A DNA stretch of 64,000 bases from a virus, in IMG/VR virus record IMGVR_UViG_3300050120_000115, positions 1 through 64,000 of that record; one strand, written 5' to 3'. The first letter of the stretch is position 1, and the number at the start of each line of letters is the position of its first letter. The position numbers and the translations under genes were made by a program. A model generated the notes under the pieces. That model was not told the origin of the DNA. It saw nothing but the letters and a program-made list of their open reading frames with translations, and ran no database searches. Of the stretch, positions 24,292-34,294 are shown one piece after another.

Positions 24292-24960
24292 ATGGCCACA
24301 GTTCAACCGACACTGGCCACTGTTGAACAACTCCAGATTCGTTACCCGGAGATTGTACGGAATATTGATTCACAAGTTCTTCAGGAAACCCTGGAAGAAG
24401 CCACTCGTCACATTGAGACTCGTGTGGGCCGTCGTCTAGCTCCATTCGTTGGACATGTTTATCAAGATCGTTTATTTGGAATTGACCCATCCGAGTTTGG
24501 TGTTGACTCCAATACACCATTGTCTTTCGCGGGATCAATCGGTATGAGTCAGGCGCAAGCCTATAACTCAGACAATCTTGTACGTCACTGCTGGATAGAT
24601 CAGTTCGCTCCTCTTTATCCAGAGTTGTGGACATATAACATTCAATCGATGCAGATTTACAGATCGTTTGGTGACACCCAGCCAATCTACTTCCAAAACG
24701 GTGGAGTCCTAGGACCCGATAGCACTGATGGGCACTTATGGTTCCGCTTGGGAACTTTCATTCCAGAAGGAACGAGAATCCAGATCATTTATGACGGTGG
24801 ATATACTTTAGGAATTCCTACAGACTTACGCCGTGCCTGTATATTGCAAGCCATCAAGTTTATCATCCTCGACTTAGAGCCGCAGCTTCGTAAAGAGATG
24901 GATCTTAATGAACTTGATGCTCAGATTAGCCTTATTTTAGGCGGCTGGGTAAGGGGCTAG
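24292..24960 (+). CDS. head-tail adaptor
   Basis: ATVEQL...LEEATRHIE...Y.GGY..IP.DLRRACI pattern. Confidence 0.75.
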   Translation: MATVQPTLATVEQLQIRYPEIVRNIDSQVLQETLEEATRHIETRVGRRLAPFVGHVYQDRLFGIDPSEFGVDSNTPLSFAGSIGMSQAQAYNSDNLVRHCWIDQFAPLYPELWTYNIQSMQIYRSFGDTQPIYFQNGGVLGPDSTDGHLWFRLGTFIPEGTRIQIIYDGGYTLGIPTDLRRACILQAIKFIILDLEPQLRKEMDLNELDAQISLILGGWVRG

Positions 24961-24961
24961 A

Positions 24962-25858
24962 ATGGCTCGCGCCACTGGCGGGGTTTATGTTGATGGTAAC
25001 GCCATCCAAAATCTCAGTGTAAAACTTGGATTAGTTCGTGAACGGCTTCTAGAGCCAGGTCCGGCACTTAGCCAGATTGCTATTCTATTTGAGACAATGG
25101 AAGCTGCAGTGTTTGCTGGTCATGGGTCGGCTCCAGAGTTCGGCGTATCAGCCGTATGGGCTCCATGGAGCGATGCAACAATAAGGCGTCATCAATACCC
25201 TGATGCTAGTGGTGGTGTTGGTATAGATGTGTTGGTTGGCTTCGGCTACCTACGCGCTTCCGCTATCAATCCCAAATATGGATCTATTGATTTTTTCGCT
25301 AAAGAGATTACTCTTGAGATTAACCCTAAGAATGCTGGGTACAATCGACCTAAGGGTAATGCTAACTACGCAGCAATCAATAATCAAACTCGCAAGTTCG
25401 TACAGATAAGTCCAACGTTTCGCCTGATGGCAAATGAAATAGCTAAGCGCTGGGTGAAGGAACCATTTAATAAAAGTGATGCAGCGGGTTTCAGGGCTAA
25501 AGGTCCAACCGCTCCAGCAATTCGTGACGAGCGCGGACGATTCGTTTCTAAAGATCATGTTCATAGTCGTAAATTCTCTGAAGTAAGCACCGAAGGCAAA
25601 GCCAAAGATTACGCTAACTTCGAGAATCGAAAGATTCGTGGAATGAATTTGGATCATCGTACCACCGAATCTAAAAGACTTCAACAGGAGTATAAGGATG
25701 TCGTGTCGGGGGCGAAGGGAAATTTCGCAAACGCTAGGGCTTATGATGCAGCCGCTAAGCGTGTAGGTCGTTTTCATGTCTCTAACTTTGATGGTATGTC
25801 TACCTCTGGCCTAAAACAGTCTTACTTTTATAAGGCCAACAATCCAGGATTGGGTTAA
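24962..25858 (+). CDS. neck / virion morphogenesis protein (P2 gpS/Mu gpG-like) with basic extension
   Basis: WAPWSDATIRR...L..FGYLRAS; position. Confidence 0.6.
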   Translation: MARATGGVYVDGNAIQNLSVKLGLVRERLLEPGPALSQIAILFETMEAAVFAGHGSAPEFGVSAVWAPWSDATIRRHQYPDASGGVGIDVLVGFGYLRASAINPKYGSIDFFAKEITLEINPKNAGYNRPKGNANYAAINNQTRKFVQISPTFRLMANEIAKRWVKEPFNKSDAAGFRAKGPTAPAIRDERGRFVSKDHVHSRKFSEVSTEGKAKDYANFENRKIRGMNLDHRTTESKRLQQEYKDVVSGAKGNFANARAYDAAAKRVGRFHVSNFDGMSTSGLKQSYFYKANNPGLG

Positions 25859-25860
25859 TT

Positions 25861-26541
25861 GTGAGCACTACTCCCGTTACCCCCTGGTGGAAAAATTGGA
25901 ACCTAGAGTACACCGACAATCAGTTCGGCCCCTTTTTTGGTGGTGGTTCGGTGCAGGAAGCATTCTACCAGACTCTAGAATTATGGTTTCCTACATATAT
26001 CGCTGAAATGAATCGTAAACTCGGTGGAGAAATTCTAACCGATGTTCCTCAATTTCGTACCGAACCAGACTATCGCTCACTAAGCAGTAGTCAGCAGTGC
26101 CAAATTCTAGTAAACGTTCCTCACACTGTTGGAACTCCTGAAAATTTTCAGGCCGGAGTCAGGGCGCAATGGCGAGTCAACGTCATGGTCTTCGTTTACG
26201 GTTCTAAAGACTGGCAAGAAACTCAAGCACTCACATACGCCTACGCCACTACTTTGCGTTCGCTCATTTTGCAGCAACGTGGACTAGGGGGTATCGCTCA
26301 AACCACTACGTGGGAGGGTGAGGAGTACTTAGAGGGCGAACACAGCTCTACTCGAACCACTGGAATTGCTCACGTTACTTTCGTTGTTACGATTGGAAAC
26401 GTCAACAAACCTTTCGGTGGACTTCCTGCGTCACAATTTGCACCAGTAGGTGCCAACACGGGTCCGACACTTCAGCCCGTACCAGATCAACCCGACGTGG
26501 AAACTTACGATATTACTATAACAGAAGAGGCAATAGACTAA
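25861..26541 (+). CDS. tail terminator-like protein
   Basis: position before sheath. Confidence 0.55.
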   Translation: MSTTPVTPWWKNWNLEYTDNQFGPFFGGGSVQEAFYQTLELWFPTYIAEMNRKLGGEILTDVPQFRTEPDYRSLSSSQQCQILVNVPHTVGTPENFQAGVRAQWRVNVMVFVYGSKDWQETQALTYAYATTLRSLILQQRGLGGIAQTTTWEGEEYLEGEHSSTRTTGIAHVTFVVTIGNVNKPFGGLPASQFAPVGANTGPTLQPVPDQPDVETYDITITEEAID

Positions 26542-26795
26542 TGGCAAATATTGACATACGAGTCTCTGCGTCACATACAATTTTCGGTAATGAGGGACAA
26601 CCTTTGAGCCCAGGTTTTGAGTACACCGTAAAAGATACTCCCCTCATTCAGAATTATGCTTCAGAGGGAATCGTCTCTATCGCCCGCGCCGAAAAGGCAG
26701 AGGACGAAAAGACCGAGAAGAAGCCACTTACTAAAACTCTAACGGACCAGGCAACTGTTCCTACAAAGACCTCCGAGGAGAACTCTAATGGCTAA
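26541..26795 (+). CDS. small tail-associated protein
   Basis: coupled upstream of sheath. Confidence 0.55.
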   Translation: MANIDIRVSASHTIFGNEGQPLSPGFEYTVKDTPLIQNYASEGIVSIARAEKAEDEKTEKKPLTKTLTDQATVPTKTSEENSNG

Positions 26796-28338
26796 CCAAG
26801 CCCCAGGCGTTACTATCAATGTCACCGCTAACGCTACGACTCCTGCCAACCCAACTTCAACCTCTAACTGGTTCGTAGCTGGTATGGCTGCTGGACCAGC
26901 TGGTATTGCAGTTCCTATCAAGTCAATGAATGACTTCAATACCTACTTCGGCCAGATTGTTTCTGGTGGAGTTACTGGACGCTACATTCTTAACGCTAAC
27001 GTTAGCTCTACCCTTCTTTACGACTCCCTTGACGTGTTCTTCCGCGAGGGTGGTTCTGCTGCGTGGGTTTCTCGTGTTGCCTCTGTTTCTAGCGGTGTGG
27101 TTGCTACTTCGACCACTACTGGCGGACTATTTTTGCTGACCGCCGCTGGTAGCGGAACGTGGGCTAACTCATCAAATGCTGGTGCTAATGGACTAATCCT
27201 AACCATTACTGGTTCTACCGTTAACGCTACTACTGTGTACGCAACGTCGCTGGCTTACAATGGAAACGTTCTAGCAACAGCAACCAGCCTAGGAACCAAC
27301 ACAGACATCGTTAACTGGGTGAACTCACTTCCTCCCTACATTTCAATGTGCGTGGCATCAACTCAGTCGGGCACCACCGTGCTGCCTGCCTCCGGTTCTT
27401 CGGTTTCCGTCTACATGACAGGTGGAACCGACGTAGCAGTTGCTGATGCTGACACACCTGCTGCCATCGCAGTCTTCACAGACATTCTCGGCCCTGGTCA
27501 AATTTCTTACCCAGGAAATACATCAACCACTACAGCTGGCTACCTGGTAAATCACGCCTTGGCATTCAACCGTGTGGCACTACTGGACGCTCAAAACACT
27601 GCCACTGCTGCGACCATCGTAACTCAGGCTAACACCGTTCAATCAGCCGCTACGGACCCTTCATATGCAGCTATGTTCGCTCCATGGTTAATTGTTCCGG
27701 GAATCGTTAATTCTAACCCTGCTGTTCCTACGAGCACGGTATTTAACCGTACCGTCCCTCCTGTTGCCCTGGCGGCTGCTTTAATGGCGAAAAACGATGC
27801 TTCAAATGACTGCAACGTATCCGCTGCTGGTACCACCAATGGCGCATCTACATACGCTACTGGTGTATCTCAGACCTATATTACTTCTGACCGTGCGCTT
27901 CTAAACGCATCTGGAGTTAGTGTAATCAAATTAGTTCCGAACATCAATGTTATCGCCCTTTACGGATACCGTAGCCTTTCATTCGCTCCTTCGTTCGTTC
28001 CTCTTAACAATGTTCGTTTCCGTATGCAAATCATTCGTGACCTTGATGTCATTGGCGAGTCATTCGTATTCCAGGAGATTGACGGTAAGGGCCAATTGTT
28101 CGCAGCATTTAATGGTGCTATCGCTGGACAGATGAATGCTTACTGGGGTCGTGGATCTCTTTACGGGCTTACTGCTGACGAGGCATTCTTTGTTAACACG
28201 GGTACTTCTGTTAATACTCCTACTACCATCACGGCTGGTCAAATTATTGCCAACGTTGGTGCGAAGTTCTCCCCACAGGCCGAATTCGTTATTATCAACG
28301 TTACCAAATACTTGGTAAGTTCCAACCTTCCGGCCTAA
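26788..28338 (+). CDS. tail sheath protein
   Basis: APGV, FF.EGG..AWV.RV, R.ALLD, PW, LN..GV.VI, YG.RSL, NVR, FVFQ, AFFV, AEFVII motifs. Confidence 0.93.
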   Translation: MANQAPGVTINVTANATTPANPTSTSNWFVAGMAAGPAGIAVPIKSMNDFNTYFGQIVSGGVTGRYILNANVSSTLLYDSLDVFFREGGSAAWVSRVASVSSGVVATSTTTGGLFLLTAAGSGTWANSSNAGANGLILTITGSTVNATTVYATSLAYNGNVLATATSLGTNTDIVNWVNSLPPYISMCVASTQSGTTVLPASGSSVSVYMTGGTDVAVADADTPAAIAVFTDILGPGQISYPGNTSTTTAGYLVNHALAFNRVALLDAQNTATAATIVTQANTVQSAATDPSYAAMFAPWLIVPGIVNSNPAVPTSTVFNRTVPPVALAAALMAKNDASNDCNVSAAGTTNGASTYATGVSQTYITSDRALLNASGVSVIKLVPNINVIALYGYRSLSFAPSFVPLNNVRFRMQIIRDLDVIGESFVFQEIDGKGQLFAAFNGAIAGQMNAYWGRGSLYGLTADEAFFVNTGTSVNTPTTITAGQIIANVGAKFSPQAEFVIINVTKYLVSSNLPA

Positions 28339-28376
28339 CCAGCCCTAAACCCTTTCTAATTTCATAGGAGAAATAA

Positions 28377-28838
28377 ATGGCTGATCCTCTATTCAGTGCC
28401 TACGGTTCCGAACAACAGTGGCTTCCAAAACTTACTGTTATATCGCCTTTCAAAACGGGTGCCCTAGCCGGACTGGTTATAAACATCACTTTTGATAAGT
28501 TCTCTGGTGGAGACGTAACCGCAAATCCGCCTAAGTATCGCCCCGCAGGAATGGGTGACGAAATTTCGTACACGGCACTTCCAACTTACTCTGATGCCAT
28601 GCTTACTAAAGCTTTTGAGCAGGCGGACCTTTTGACACAATCACAATTGCGTCGTTTGGCTGGTCGTGCCCAGGCTACCGTCACCTTGGTTCCCCTGGAT
28701 GACACTGGTCTCGCATGGGGAAATAACCGTGTGTACAGCGGTCGTCTTGCTTCTGTCAAGGATGGAAACACTGACTCGACTTCAAGTGCTGTACGTAGCT
28801 GGGATGTAACTGTATCAGTGGACACCATTAGCGGTTAA
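28377..28838 (+). CDS. tail tube protein
   Basis: 153 aa after sheath; FDKFSGG...YRPAG. Confidence 0.8.
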   Translation: MADPLFSAYGSEQQWLPKLTVISPFKTGALAGLVINITFDKFSGGDVTANPPKYRPAGMGDEISYTALPTYSDAMLTKAFEQADLLTQSQLRRLAGRAQATVTLVPLDDTGLAWGNNRVYSGRLASVKDGNTDSTSSAVRSWDVTVSVDTISG

Positions 28839-28860
28839 CCACTAAAGTCATTGGAGGAAT

Positions 28861-29442
28861 ATGACTGAATTTGTAATTGAGAAGCCGGAAGGCGACGCCC
28901 CTGAAGAATTGCAAGAAGATTTGGGTGATTTTGGAGGTTTGTACAAGACTCCAGAGGTCGAGGCATCAAAGCCAGCGACACCTATTTTTTCTTTAAAGAG
29001 TCGCCGTGCTGAAATCCTAAAGAAACTTCACATCGATCTTCGAGTACCTCGTTATGAGGAGCCCGAAGTATGGGTACGTTTCTCTCCTGTGGACACCACG
29101 TTGATGAACGCATCGGTAACCAAGCACTCAAAGACCAAGGAAAAAGACTGGGGACTAAAGGCCAATGCCGAAGTTCTTATCAACTCTTGTGTGGGTATCT
29201 ACGCCGTTTTCCCAGAAAATCCTGATGAGAAGTTCTCACTACGCGAGGACGAGCCCAATGGTGAGTGGACCAAGTTCGATATGGCCCTAGCTAAGGCATT
29301 GGACATCATCCCAGATGAGCACGCTCCCGCCATTTCTGTTGTCCGCAAGTTCTACTTTGCTGATGGTGACCTAGTTGATACTACGGAACGCCTTCTGCGA
29401 TGGAGCAATGTTTCCAATAACGAGGCTGACACAGTTTTTTAG
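28861..29442 (+). CDS. tail assembly chaperone (G)
   Basis: between tube and tape measure; ends in GTT TTT TAG. Confidence 0.75.
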   Translation: MTEFVIEKPEGDAPEELQEDLGDFGGLYKTPEVEASKPATPIFSLKSRRAEILKKLHIDLRVPRYEEPEVWVRFSPVDTTLMNASVTKHSKTKEKDWGLKANAEVLINSCVGIYAVFPENPDEKFSLREDEPNGEWTKFDMALAKALDIIPDEHAPAISVVRKFYFADGDLVDTTERLLRWSNVSNNEADTVF

Positions 29443-29666
29443 AAGCCCTGAAGGAAGATCCATTTATTGAGCAGGGTGCTTATGCACTAATGCACGGAAT
29501 GGACCCACTGGAGCTTCTGGGACAGGGCAGAGATGAGCACCTCATTAGCTTGGCAATTCTCAACAAGACCATAGAGGTAAGTAGTAAGCAAAAATTCGAG
29601 GAGTACAAAATTCTCTCGCAACTTACTAGTTACGAACTGGCAAAAATTCTAAGCAAAATACTCTAA
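29439..29666 (+). CDS. tail assembly chaperone extension (GT) via -1 frameshift
   Basis: -1 frame open for 75 codons from the T6 run (LEALKEDPFIEQGAYAL...SKIL*). Confidence 0.7.
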   Translation, partial: LEALKEDPFIEQGAYALMHGMDPLELLGQGRDEHLISLAILNKTIEVSSKQKFEEYKILSQLTSYELAKILSKIL

Positions 29667-29701
29667 CCAAACTCCGTCTTCATATTTTTAGGCGGCACGA
29701 G

Positions 29702-29728
29702 ACCGCTGCCCTTCGGGGTGGCGGTTTT
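29702..29728 (+). terminator. terminator/attenuator before tape measure
   Basis: ACCGCTGCCC-TTCG-GGGTGGCGGT-TTT. Confidence 0.7.
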
Positions 29729-29744
29729 CGTATTTAAGGAAGTA

Positions 29745-32700
29745 ATGGCTGGACCCGACGACATACCTATTGTAATTGGTGTAACAACTGGTGATTCCAC
29801 CGAAGTGGTGGGGGCGTTGGATGACGCCGTAATTGGTCTAGAAGACAATCTTGGTAAACTAGATGCAACCGCCCAGGCGGCGGCTGGGTCTATAGATGAG
29901 GTTGGGGCTAGCGCGGGAGTCTCTGCAGCCAATGTTGACAAGCTCACCGCTGCCGCTGGAAAGCAATCTGGTGAAGCCAAGGCTGCAGCAGACTCCAACA
30001 AGGCTCTTTCGGACTCTAACTTGACCCTAGGTGATACCGCCAAGGGCGCGGCAGACAGTATCCTATCAGAAGCGGATGCAGCTAAGTTAGCTACGGCAAA
30101 CCTACGCGCGCAGATGATTGTACAAGAAGAGCTTGCTGCAAATATGGCGGCAGCAAATTCAGCCCTGGGATCTGCTTACGTTGGAATGAGCAAACTAGAG
30201 GCTCTTGGTACCCCGGCTATTATGAAAGCCGCTACCTGGACAGTTCTGGGTGCTGGTGGACTTGCTTACGAGGGCATTAAGCAGTACATGAACTTTAATA
30301 AGCTCATTACTCAGACAGTCACTCAGGCTGGAGTGGCACCGAGTAATATGGGGTTCTTGAGCCAGACGGCTGAGAATATCTCAAAGCTTACTGGTGTTAA
30401 GCTCGATGACGTAGCTAACTCCTTGTATCGTGTGGCTTCTGGTACTGCTTCTTGGAATGACGGTCTTGGCGCGACGAAAAAGCAACTAGCGGATATTACT
30501 ACCTCAGTTACCAAACTGCAGGTTCTGGGTAACGTTCCGGCTGGTGCAGCATCAGAACAGGCCGCTCGTGTTATTGTAGCACTTGTTAACTCTAACCTAA
30601 AGGGCGTAGGAACCAACCCCGCTGCTGCAGCGGCCCTTATTAACGCTGCCGTTGGTTCTGGTGACATGCGCCTTAATGACCTGGTTCCTGGTATCGGTCG
30701 AGGTGTCCTTCAGTCCGCTAAAGCCAATGGTATGAGCGCTAAAGACATGCTTTCGTGGATCGCCCTACAGACATCTATGGGTACCACCGCAAACGTTGCT
30801 GGTAACTATGTCAAGACTGGTATTAACCTTCTTGCCAACCCTTCCGCACAAGGTGTTTTGGCAGAAGCCATGATAGGGATCAAACCTGGAGAAATGCAGG
30901 GATTGATTTCTTCGAAGGGTGGATTGCAAGCTGCTGTGGCTGCATTTAATGCAGCGGTACAACACTTCAATCCTTCTACTTCTTTCGTTGGATATAGAAC
31001 CAATATAGGTAATCCGCGTCCGGGGGGAACGGGAGAACAGGCAGCGATCAACAAACTCGAAACATGGGCTGTTGGAGAAATGCCTGCTGCGGTTCTGAAG
31101 CAATGGCAGCATGGTGGTAGTGCAGCTTCTGGTGGTCTAACTGCCGCTAACCAGCAATGGATTACTGACCTTATCCTTACCAAGGCGTTCGGTGGTTCCA
31201 AGCAGTTCGCTACGATTGCAGCCATTACAAAGAATCCTCAACTCCTGGCCGGTATTGAAACCTCAATTGGTAACAAGTCTTCACAGGCATACTATAACTC
31301 ATCTTATGCTATAGCAGAAAACACTCCCTCCCAGCGATTCGATAAGGCCATGGCAGCGTTGACCGTTGACTTGGTGAAGGCTGGAAAGGTTATGTACCCA
31401 GCCGTTATCAAGGTGGTGGATGGTCTGGTTTGGTTCGTTGGTAAAATACTATCGTGGAAGCCCGCTCTGTATGAAATAGGAGTTGCCCTAACAGCAATTG
31501 TTGGGTTTGCGGCCCTAGTCAAAGCCGCAGAACTTGGCAAGGGTGCCATGTCTATCTACGGTGGGTTGCTAACTAGACTAAACCCTAATGGAACTAGCGG
31601 TTCATACTTCCGTAATGCCTATAACGTGAGTTCAGGAAAATCAACCCAGGTAGAATTGGGGGCTGCAGTTAGAGACCTTCAACTTGCTGAAGGAAAAGTC
31701 GCTACCGCTACCGTAGAGGGTGCTACAAAAACTACCGCTGCTATTGGCGAATTGATGACTTCTGCAGAGGCTGATACTGCTCGCCTGCAGACCACCATCA
31801 TCGAGACTAGTGGGGGTAAGCTTGGGGGGCTAGGTCGTGGTCTTGGAGCAACAGGTGCAGGTGGGGTCGCTGGAGAAGAGGCAGGCGTTTTAGCCTTTCG
31901 TTCAGATATGTCAAGCCTGTACAAGAACGGACCTCAATTGGGACCGGTTTTTCCAACGCGTATGGGACCCACGTCACCTATGGAAGAGTTGGTTGGTCAG
32001 GGGAATAGTTACGGCGCAGCATCCTCTATACTATTCCAGAGAGATCAAGCGGCTATGCTATATCGACAAAAAGGGATGACTGCTGCAAGTGAATTTTCTG
32101 GAGTAGGTAACGGTCCTTCTGGATATCCAGAACCGTATGTACTGAACACTCCTGAGGACAAATTTCCTGGATTAGGATTATTGTCTACCGGAGCAAAGGA
32201 CGCCTCTTCAGCTGCTCCGTCGATACTTTCTGAATTGAGAGGGCTGGGAGGAGGGGCGCTTGGATTAGTCGGTGGCCCAGTAGGGGTTGCCATGATAGCG
32301 GCAACCGTTCTTCCTATGGCTATGCCATACATGATAAAGGGACTGAGCCCAGTTATGGGATTCCTTGGCCATCTCTTCTCAGGGGGAAGAGCCGCCGCCG
32401 CACTACCTGTTCCTTCGGTAGTAAGTTATAACACGATACAAGATGCTACGCAAAAAGTAAATTCTATCAAGAAGTCTATCGCTGCTATGTTAAGTGGGGG
32501 GTTTGACCCTTCAACGGCTTCAATGGCTGAAAAGCTACAGTGGTGGAATTTGCATCAAGATCTTTCATCTGCATTGGGAACAAAGGCGGTTGTTGCAAAA
32601 CAAAATCCATATGCGGTTTATAAGCAAGCATATGCTTTAACTAACAACGCTAATTTAAATTCTTTAATTTCTAAGACCGGTGCAAGCAGTTTCCTAAATA

Positions 32701-33506
32701 ACACCACTTTGGTCGGTGGAGTAATGGCAAACTTTTCAGGAGCAGCCCTTACGGCCAGTCAGCAAGCTTATAAAGATCAAGTGTTGCTTGGAAAATCTAT
32801 TCAGGGTAATACTCCTTGGGCTAAAGCCATTAGGGAAATGTTGCAGGGTGCTCAAGGTAAGGGTAAGAACTATCTAGGATTGTATGGAGATTCGGCTTCT
32901 CAAATACAAAGACTTATCTACGGGACAGTAGTGGGTGCTCACAACACTGCTCAGAATTTGTTGAATTCTGTGAATGGTGTTAAGTATCTTGGTGCAGGAT
33001 TAGTAGACAAACACTATAATGATACTATGGCAGCACAAGGAGCCATTTCTCGTCAAGTGAACTGGGGAGCAGAAAATCAATTTCTATCAACCACTTCTCC
33101 AACCAAAAAATACAGTGCGTCTTTTCTGGAAAATAATGCTACTAATACAATAGCTACCGCTATAAAATTAGCAAAAGAAGATTTTACTAAAAGCCAGCAA
33201 ACCTCTCTTGGCCCGGTGGCGGATAAAATGTACCTAGCGGCATCTAAAACCGCCGCCACAGAAGCCAGCAAATTTGAAGCACTAAGATCAGAAATTATTG
33301 CGAATGGGAAGAAAACAGAACTAGGTAGTAAAACTATTAAGGACATGACTGATCAGATCAATAAGAACATGACACAATTATTCGATCAAAAAAACCTTAG
33401 TGCTGCGGCCTTCGGAAATGCGTTCGCCTCCGCACTGGCTGGACAAAGCCGTAGTCTTGCTGCAATGATTAACAAGGTGAGTCACCCTACCCAAACGGGA
33501 AAATAG
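29745..33506 (+). CDS. tape measure protein
   Basis: ~1250 aa Ala/Gly-rich; TP901-like core; AAGGA RBS before 29745. Confidence 0.9.
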   Translation: MAGPDDIPIVIGVTTGDSTEVVGALDDAVIGLEDNLGKLDATAQAAAGSIDEVGASAGVSAANVDKLTAAAGKQSGEAKAAADSNKALSDSNLTLGDTAKGAADSILSEADAAKLATANLRAQMIVQEELAANMAAANSALGSAYVGMSKLEALGTPAIMKAATWTVLGAGGLAYEGIKQYMNFNKLITQTVTQAGVAPSNMGFLSQTAENISKLTGVKLDDVANSLYRVASGTASWNDGLGATKKQLADITTSVTKLQVLGNVPAGAASEQAARVIVALVNSNLKGVGTNPAAAAALINAAVGSGDMRLNDLVPGIGRGVLQSAKANGMSAKDMLSWIALQTSMGTTANVAGNYVKTGINLLANPSAQGVLAEAMIGIKPGEMQGLISSKGGLQAAVAAFNAAVQHFNPSTSFVGYRTNIGNPRPGGTGEQAAINKLETWAVGEMPAAVLKQWQHGGSAASGGLTAANQQWITDLILTKAFGGSKQFATIAAITKNPQLLAGIETSIGNKSSQAYYNSSYAIAENTPSQRFDKAMAALTVDLVKAGKVMYPAVIKVVDGLVWFVGKILSWKPALYEIGVALTAIVGFAALVKAAELGKGAMSIYGGLLTRLNPNGTSGSYFRNAYNVSSGKSTQVELGAAVRDLQLAEGKVATATVEGATKTTAAIGELMTSAEADTARLQTTIIETSGGKLGGLGRGLGATGAGGVAGEEAGVLAFRSDMSSLYKNGPQLGPVFPTRMGPTSPMEELVGQGNSYGAASSILFQRDQAAMLYRQKGMTAASEFSGVGNGPSGYPEPYVLNTPEDKFPGLGLLSTGAKDASSAAPSILSELRGLGGGALGLVGGPVGVAMIAATVLPMAMPYMIKGLSPVMGFLGHLFSGGRAAAALPVPSVVSYNTIQDATQKVNSIKKSIAAMLSGGFDPSTASMAEKLQWWNLHQDLSSALGTKAVVAKQNPYAVYKQAYALTNNANLNSLISKTGASSFLNNTTLVGGVMANFSGAALTASQQAYKDQVLLGKSIQGNTPWAKAIREMLQGAQGKGKNYLGLYGDSASQIQRLIYGTVVGAHNTAQNLLNSVNGVKYLGAGLVDKHYNDTMAAQGAISRQVNWGAENQFLSTTSPTKKYSASFLENNATNTIATAIKLAKEDFTKSQQTSLGPVADKMYLAASKTAATEASKFEALRSEIIANGKKTELGSKTIKDMTDQINKNMTQLFDQKNLSAAAFGNAFASALAGQSRSLAAMINKVSHPTQTGK

Positions 33507-33519
33507 GAGTACCTAAGTA

Positions 33520-34293
33520 ATGACTGGATTTAACCCACAGCCACACCCAAGTAGAAATAGCGCTCCTCCTCTTTTGGCCAACAAGCGGACTCTTCTCACC
33601 CTTACTCCATTTTCCCCGAACAAGGTTTACCATCCTGTCACCATGGGTATTGCGGGACAGATTCCCCTAACCCAGGTATCTGGATCAGGTGGGTGGCAAA
33701 TAGTTGACCGCCCTCGTCGTGCTGCGGCAACTCAGTGGTATGACCGATCTCCTTTTCAACTGGTCATTCCGGCAATAATGGATCAATCGGTAACGCGCTC
33801 TGCTACCACTCCCGACGAGGACGTTAACCAGTTGCTTTCGTGGCTTAGTGCTCCTGACGTTAATGCTACAATAATCCAACCTCCTACCATAAAGGTTCAC
33901 GGACCCGTACTTGGTACGGAGCTGACATGGGTTTTGTATTCATTGGAACACGGGGACGCCCTGAGGGATTCCCAGTCGGGTCAAATAATCCAGCAGATAC
34001 TTACCATTACTCTCTATGAGTATAACCCTCCGTTCCCGTCCTTAGCAACAGGATCTGGTCCTGCTGCTACCGCCGCAAAATCCAACACCGGGGGCAGCAC
34101 CAAGAATTACGTAGTGAAGGCCGGAGACACACTAGCAAAAATAGCCTCTCAACAACTCAAGGGAGTCTCTCTTTCAAAAGCAGAATCAGCGATTATAGAT
34201 GCCAATCGTGGGGACCCGTCATTGAACATGAGAAGTCCTGGACAGATTCTAACAACCCTATTAGGAAAAACAATAAAGATACCGAGTAGTTAA
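33520..34293 (+). CDS. LysM-domain tube-initiator/baseplate protein
   Basis: YVVKAGDTLAKIA...I..AN...G.TIKIP. Confidence 0.8.
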   Translation: MTGFNPQPHPSRNSAPPLLANKRTLLTLTPFSPNKVYHPVTMGIAGQIPLTQVSGSGGWQIVDRPRRAAATQWYDRSPFQLVIPAIMDQSVTRSATTPDEDVNQLLSWLSAPDVNATIIQPPTIKVHGPVLGTELTWVLYSLEHGDALRDSQSGQIIQQILTITLYEYNPPFPSLATGSGPAATAAKSNTGGSTKNYVVKAGDTLAKIASQQLKGVSLSKAESAIIDANRGDPSLNMRSPGQILTTLLGKTIKIPSS

Positions 34294-34294
34294 C

